From an uncultured Gammaproteobacteria bacterium (GTDB taxonomy: Bacteria; Patescibacteriota; Microgenomatia; UBA10105; UBA927), in contig CAZGOA010000006.1 of assembly GCA_964527425.1 (NCBI GenBank), positions 13,928 through 77,927 on the forward strand: 64,000 nt of DNA, given 5' to 3'. Under the pieces are notes generated by a model that saw nothing but the letters and a program-made list of their open reading frames with translations, made no database searches and was not told where the DNA came from. Below are positions 59,377 through 64,000 of the stretch, in pieces. The translations under genes were made by a program, and so were the position numbers. Within the stretch, counting starts at the first letter, position 1; each line of letters starts with the position of its first letter.

Positions 59377-60338
59377 AGCATTGAATGCTCAGGTTTTTTG
59401 TCGAGATTAATAGTTTGCTTAATAATAAATCTTGGCCGGGCCTTTACTTCTAAAAAAATTTTAGCCAGATATTCTGCAATGACACTTAAGCTTAATAGCT
59501 GTACACCACCCAAAAACAGCGTTGCTATTAAAACTGTCGGTACACCAGGTGCACGTTGGTTAAAAACTAGTACCAAGAGTAAATTAAGAATAATAAATAA
59601 TATTGACATGATAGTAACAGAAAACCCTAAATAAGAAATCCATAGTAACGGTTGAAACGAGAAGTTTAAGATAATTTGTTTTGCCCACCATAATCCTTTA
59701 AAAAAACTCTCTGTTGATTGACCATGTATACGTGCTTGGCGGACATAGGGTATGCCTATTTGTTTAAATCCAACAAACGCTCTTAAACAGCGGACGAAAT
59801 AATCGTATTCCGGTATCCGTAATAATTCTTTTACAACCTGTTTGCTCATTAACGAGAATTCTCCAGCATCAAGGGGAACAGAAATGTATGCTAGTTTCTT
59901 AAGTAGGTAATAAAACGTTTTATAAGAAAGATTCCAAAAAAATCCATAGCCATCTCTTTTCGTTCTAATTCCGTACACTACATCATATCCAGCTTTCCAG
60001 GTTTGAATAAATGTAGGGATTATCTCAGGTGGATCTTGAATATCACCATGTAATAATACAACTGCATCGCCTGAAGCGTACGTCATACCCGCTAAAAAAC
60101 TTGGTTGAGGAGATCCAAAATTTCGACTCATTTTAATTACTTTAACTCGTTTGTCTTTTTTTGTTAATTTTGTGTAGATTGAATCTGAGTTATCGGTAGA
60201 ATCATTGTCAACAAAAATAATTTCTGGAGAATAATTTTTTAACTTTTTAAATATATTCACAATTCTTGAATACATTTCTTGAATATTCTCTTGTTCGTTG
60301 TAGCAGGTGATTACAATTGATAGTATTTCTCGTTTCAT
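59373..60338 (-). CDS. GT2 polyprenyl-phosphate glycosyltransferase with C-terminal TM helices (ArnC/GtrB-like)
   Basis: 321 aa. The N-terminal GT-A has SIVITCYNEQENI...IIFVDNDSTDNS. Two C-terminal TM helices are present. The size and topology are identical to ArnC-type lipid-linked sugar synthases. Confidence 0.75.
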   Translation of the reverse strand: MKREILSIVITCYNEQENIQEMYSRIVNIFKKLKNYSPEIIFVDNDSTDNSDSIYTKLTKKDKRVKVIKMSRNFGSPQPSFLAGMTYASGDAVVLLHGDIQDPPEIIPTFIQTWKAGYDVVYGIRTKRDGYGFFWNLSYKTFYYLLKKLAYISVPLDAGEFSLMSKQVVKELLRIPEYDYFVRCLRAFVGFKQIGIPYVRQARIHGQSTESFFKGLWWAKQIILNFSFQPLLWISYLGFSVTIMSILFIILNLLLVLVFNQRAPGVPTVLIATLFLGGVQLLSLSVIAEYLAKIFLEVKARPRFIIKQTINLDKKPEHSML

Positions 60339-61456
60339 GACCGTACTTTTAAGACCCGTCGTATCATTCTTGCAATATAATCTACTTCTTTTTCTTTTAA
60401 CATAACTCCACTTGGTAAATTTATACTGGAATACGAAACAGTATGAGCTTGAGGAGTCGGTATATGAGGAGTTTTATATAATTTGAAATCACTAATAGGA
60501 TAAAAAAATGCCCGGGTATCAATGAGTAAGTCTTTTAACTGCTTTCTCATCATGTCTCTATCGATGTGTAATGATTTATCTACTGTAATTGAAGTCATCC
60601 AAAAACTACTTGATACACCTTTTCGTTCAGGATTAAGACTTAATCCTTCAATACCATCCAGTCGCTCTTTATACCACGTATAAATTTTTTTCTTCCTCGC
60701 GATGAGATCATCAATATCTTCCAGTCTTGAAAGTCCCAGTGCTGCCTGAATATTAGACATCGGATACATATATCCTATGTCATTTATCCAAAATTGTCTT
60801 TGTAAATCAACGCCATGATCTACTAATGATAATGCTTTTTGGTACCAGTCTTTACGATTGGTAACAAACATGCCACCTTCCCCTATAGCCAACATTTTTG
60901 CTCCCTGGAAACTAAAGGCAGCACAATCGCCAATTGAACCTAATTGTTTACCATTTAAGGTGCTACCTAACCCTTCGCATGCGTCTTCTATGACGATTAA
61001 GTTGTGTTTTTTTGCAATGGTTAATATGCCATCCATATCTGCAACATTGCCGTATAAATGAACTGGCATGATTGCTTTTGTCTTTTTAGTAATATATGTT
61101 TCTACTTTGCTTACATCGATACTCCAGGTTTCTTTGTCAATATCAACCAGTACTGGTGTTGCTCCGCAATAATGTACTGCATTTGAACAGGCAACATACG
61201 TCATATCGGGTACGATAACTTCATCTCCAGGTTGAAGACCTGCCAGGACACATCCTAAATGCAGAGCAGAAGTACCAGTGGATACCGCTAGAGCATATTT
61301 AACGCCTAAATATTCTGCGAATTGTTTTTCGAATTTAGCGATATAGTCACTGTGATGAGTATTCCATCCATTTTTGGCCGCATCTTTTACATAAGCAAGA
61401 TCATGCGGAGAAATTTTGGGGCCAGCGGTTAGGATTAGCTTTTTAGGTGAAAACAT
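60335..61456 (-). CDS. DegT/DnrJ/EryC1/StrS-family PLP-dependent sugar aminotransferase
   Basis: 373 aa with the characteristic AVSTGTSALHL...PGDEVIVPDMTYVA...DACEGLGS...FSFQGAKMLAIGEGGMFVTN. Confidence 0.8.
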   Translation of the reverse strand: MFSPKKLILTAGPKISPHDLAYVKDAAKNGWNTHHSDYIAKFEKQFAEYLGVKYALAVSTGTSALHLGCVLAGLQPGDEVIVPDMTYVACSNAVHYCGATPVLVDIDKETWSIDVSKVETYITKKTKAIMPVHLYGNVADMDGILTIAKKHNLIVIEDACEGLGSTLNGKQLGSIGDCAAFSFQGAKMLAIGEGGMFVTNRKDWYQKALSLVDHGVDLQRQFWINDIGYMYPMSNIQAALGLSRLEDIDDLIARKKKIYTWYKERLDGIEGLSLNPERKGVSSSFWMTSITVDKSLHIDRDMMRKQLKDLLIDTRAFFYPISDFKLYKTPHIPTPQAHTVSYSSINLPSGVMLKEKEVDYIARMIRRVLKVRS

Positions 61457-61465
61457 ATAAGAATA

Positions 61466-62401
61466 TTAGTGTTTTTTTTGTAATACTTCAATTCTGTTTT
61501 TAATAGCATTACAAATAGAATTTACAGAAAGATGATTCACTTCTCGCATATATTCTTGAGGACCAATTGTTTTTGTAAATCTATCTGGTATACCAAAACG
61601 CAACACAGGAATTTGAATTGCGTTATCTGCTAAAGTTTCTAATACTGCGCTTCCTAGTCCTCCAATGATACTATGCTCTTCAAGTGTGACGAGGAGAGGA
61701 GTTTTAGCGGCAGCTTTCTTTATTGCTTCATTATCAAGTGGTTTAATCGTATGCATACTTATGAGTTGTGCATGTATATTTGTTGTTAATAATTGTTGTC
61801 TGACAAGATGTCCTGTTTCCAGCATCGTTGATGTTGCAATGATTGTTACGTCTTTACCTTCAGCCATTGATATTGCTTTTCCAATAGAAACGGTTTGATT
61901 TGATGAATGGAGTATAGGTTCTCCTTTTTTACCAATTCGAAGATATGTTGGTTGTGGATTGGTAAACAGCTGTTTGGTCAGTGCTTTTACTTCATGGGGA
62001 TCACCGGGTGCTAGAATTCTTAAGTTTGGAATGGTTCGTAGCATTCCTATATCCTCAAGAGCATGGTGTGTATGTCCGTAAGGTCCATATGAAAACCCAG
62101 CTCCAACCCCTACAATAGTAACTGGTAGATGTTGGTAACAAATATCATTACGAATTTGTTCAATATTGCGAATAGTAATAAAAGGAATGATGGAATAAAT
62201 AACAGGCAGGTAACCCTCACTTGCAAGTCCAGCTGCTATTCCTGTCATTGATTGTTCGATCATGCCACAGTTTATGTACTGATTTGGACATGCTTCTATT
62301 AAAGGCTCAAACACAGAAAACCCCAAATCTCCGGTTAAAAGAATTAAGCGTTTATCAGTTTTTGCTAATTCTAAGAATGTATTTGCAAACGTATTTCTCA
62401 T
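61466..62401 (-). CDS. Transketolase, C-terminal section (split TK)
   Basis: 311 aa. Pyrimidine-binding and C-terminal domains are present (GDLGFSV...MIEQSMTGIAAGLASEGYLPV...). It overlaps the N-terminal section by 4 nt. Confidence 0.8.
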   Translation of the reverse strand: MRNTFANTFLELAKTDKRLILLTGDLGFSVFEPLIEACPNQYINCGMIEQSMTGIAAGLASEGYLPVIYSIIPFITIRNIEQIRNDICYQHLPVTIVGVGAGFSYGPYGHTHHALEDIGMLRTIPNLRILAPGDPHEVKALTKQLFTNPQPTYLRIGKKGEPILHSSNQTVSIGKAISMAEGKDVTIIATSTMLETGHLVRQQLLTTNIHAQLISMHTIKPLDNEAIKKAAAKTPLLVTLEEHSIIGGLGSAVLETLADNAIQIPVLRFGIPDRFTKTIGPQEYMREVNHLSVNSICNAIKNRIEVLQKKH

Positions 62402-63207
62402 AGTTTTTTTAGTAAATCAGTATATTCTTTTTCTGTTGGAGCTTTGTATTGTGAAGAAATTTGATTAATATGCTGAGGAACACCGCCTTTTCCTTTGATG
62501 GTTTTTGCTCGGATGACAGTTGGTTTATCCATTGTATGTTGAAAACTTCTGTATGCTTTTTCTAATTGAGCATACGAATGTCCGTTAACTGTGATAACGT
62601 TGCAACCGAAGCTTTTCAGTTTAGATGATAATGGATATGTGTTAAGAACGTCTTTTGTATATCCAAATCCTTGAAGCTTATTTTCGTCAATAATGACGAG
62701 TAAATTATCAAGTTTGTGGTGTGCTGCAAACAGGAAAGATTCCCAAGTGGTTCCTTCATTTAATTCTCCGTCGGAAATAATCACAATGGTTTTCCAATGT
62801 TGTTTTTTACGTTTTGCTGCGAGTGCAATACCTACAGCTAATGGCAGTCCATGTCCTAATGAACCCGAACTGTAATCTATTCCAGGAAGAGATCCTCTAA
62901 TAGGATGACCAGCTAACAATCCATTTTGTTGTTCATATCCCTTAAAGAGTTCTAACGGGAAATATCCTCTTCTTGCCAGTACTGCATACAGCGCTTTTGC
63001 ATCATGTCCTTTGGAGAAAACTACTCTATCTCTGGTTGGCATGTCGGGTTTTTGAGGGTTAATATCGAGAAGCTTAAAATAGAGAGAAACAAGTATTTCC
63101 ACACAAGATAAAGCTCCACCAGCATGTGCACTTTGGGCTGTAAAACTCATGGTAAGAATATCGTGGCGGATATGTTTTGAGATGTCTTCTAAATTTTTTA
63201 CGTTCAT
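62398..63207 (-). CDS. Transketolase, N-terminal TPP-binding section (split TK)
   Basis: 269 aa with GHPIRGSLPGIDYSSGSLGHGLPLAVGIALA and the TPP motif ISDGELNEG. Confidence 0.8.
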   Translation of the reverse strand: MNVKNLEDISKHIRHDILTMSFTAQSAHAGGALSCVEILVSLYFKLLDINPQKPDMPTRDRVVFSKGHDAKALYAVLARRGYFPLELFKGYEQQNGLLAGHPIRGSLPGIDYSSGSLGHGLPLAVGIALAAKRKKQHWKTIVIISDGELNEGTTWESFLFAAHHKLDNLLVIIDENKLQGFGYTKDVLNTYPLSSKLKSFGCNVITVNGHSYAQLEKAYRSFQHTMDKPTVIRAKTIKGKGGVPQHINQISSQYKAPTEKEYTDLLKKL

Positions 63208-63301
63208 GATTTTGGTACAGTTACTCTACACTATTTTAGGCAAATTTCTAGGGGGAATCTATGGGTTTTAATAGAGTAAAAACATAATTAATAAATCGTA
63301 C

Positions 63302-64000
63302 TTATCGCACGATGTTTAGTAGTGTATCGACAACCATTTGAACTTCTTTTTTTGTTATCGCTGTGAAAACAGGCAGGCATACTGTTTCTTCTGAGGCAAG
63401 TTCTGTGTTGGGGAGTGATAAGGTTTTATACATACGTCTATATGGAGGTTGTAAATGAGCGGAGGGTATGCCTTGACGAATAACGATTCCGTTATCCAGC
63501 ATCTTTTGCATGACACGATTTCTTTTCCCTTTATACCCTTTTAACCGTACCTGGTAGGTCTGAAAGGTGTGGTGATATCCGTTGGGAACATAGGGTGGAG
63601 TAATAACGGGGTGATTGTCAAATGCCTGTGTGTACTGTTTTGCTACTTCCTGTCGTTTTTTCATGATGATATCGAGTTTATGAAATTGAGTTATGCCGAG
63701 TGCTGCATGGATATCACTCATACGGTAATTAAACCCTACAACGGGAAATTCTTCCGGAATGATTGTTTTGCTGGCATTGCGTGTTGCAACGGATACATTT
63801 GCTCCATGTGCTCTCATAATCGAAGCCAAATCTGCCCATTGTTTATTACGTGTTACTACTAAACCACCTTCTGCTGTCGTAATTGCTTTTCTGGGATGGA
63901 ATGAAAAAACGCCTATGTCTCCAAATGTGCCAGCATGTTTCTGTTTATACGTACTGCCGAATCCACATGCTGCATCTTCTAAAATGAGTAATTTGTGCTT
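63302..64000 (-). CDS. DegT-family sugar aminotransferase/dehydratase (partial; the 5' part continues beyond the window end)
   Basis: The frame is open all the way to position 64000. It translates as ...LILEDAACGFGSTYKQKHAGTFGDIGVFSFHPRKAITTAEGGLVVTRNKQWADLASIMRAHG...FNYRMSDIHAALGITQ. The ORF-track start at 63829 is an internal TTG. Confidence 0.75.
   Translation of the reverse strand, partial: KHKLLILEDAACGFGSTYKQKHAGTFGDIGVFSFHPRKAITTAEGGLVVTRNKQWADLASIMRAHGANVSVATRNASKTIIPEEFPVVGFNYRMSDIHAALGITQFHKLDIIMKKRQEVAKQYTQAFDNHPVITPPYVPNGYHHTFQTYQVRLKGYKGKRNRVMQKMLDNGIVIRQGIPSAHLQPPYRRMYKTLSLPNTELASEETVCLPVFTAITKKEVQMVVDTLLNIVR

Noticed and set aside
63302-63829. ORF-track start of the last DegT gene at 63829
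   Set aside because: The start codon there is an internal TTG. The reading frame stays open with good DegT homology (EDAACGFG..., FSFHPRKAITTAEGG) up to position 64000, so the gene is 5'-truncated by the window.
1-64000. CRISPR arrays, transposases, integrases and phage genes
   Set aside because: No direct-repeat/spacer periodicity was seen anywhere, and no ORF shows transposase (DDE), recombinase (tyrosine or serine) or phage structural motifs.

Overview
This window is a low-GC, gene-dense bacterial sequence of about 35% GC by eye. It has short intergenic gaps and many 4-nt ATGA/TAATG gene overlaps. The style resembles a CPR/Patescibacteria-like or Firmicute-like genome, though lineage cannot be proven from sequence alone.

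The first 18 kb are mostly housekeeping or accessory singletons:
- a P-type ATPase, a minimal K+ channel and an MsbA-like ABC exporter;
- a NUDIX hydrolase and an RRM RNA-binding protein with a clear promoter and terminator;
- a CPBP protease and a TPR-fused GT-C-like membrane protein;
- an SDR, a DsbA-like oxidoreductase and a nucleoside 2-deoxyribosyltransferase-like protein;
- a trxA-trxB-FNR-like module and a class IV aminotransferase;
- an rpsA-radA-PIN/TRAM operon.

From about 18.4 kb to the window end the sequence is dominated by a very large envelope-glycosylation region. It is interrupted only by rho, a LysM/M23 peptidase gene and two tandem tRNA-Ala genes. This region holds at least 13 large polytopic GT-C-type membrane proteins. 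They include PMT_2/ArnT-like proteins, a YfhO-like protein, a DUF2298 protein with a YYYxG motif, and a four-member paralog family I cannot name. The region also encodes several elements:
- two small GT2 polyprenyl-phosphate-sugar synthases (DPM1/ArnC-like);
- a UbiA-family prenyl-phosphate phosphoribosyltransferase-like enzyme flanked by a HAD phosphatase and a flavin oxidoreductase;
- a GT4, a SAM-methyltransferase and a hexapeptide sugar N-acetyltransferase;
- a CDP-sugar pathway with rfbF, rfbG and an RfbH/E1-like 3-dehydrase;
- three DegT-family enzymes, a formyltransferase-GNAT fusion and a split transketolase;
- two adjacent paralogous membrane-anchored winged-helix proteins.

Taken together this looks like an undescribed pathway. 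A CDP-linked amino-(di)deoxy sugar appears to be N-formylated or N-acetylated, loaded onto polyprenyl phosphate and distributed by an unusually large battery of GT-C transferases. The logic is analogous to Arn but not homologous in detail. All calls are from reading the translations and DNA, and no database search was run.
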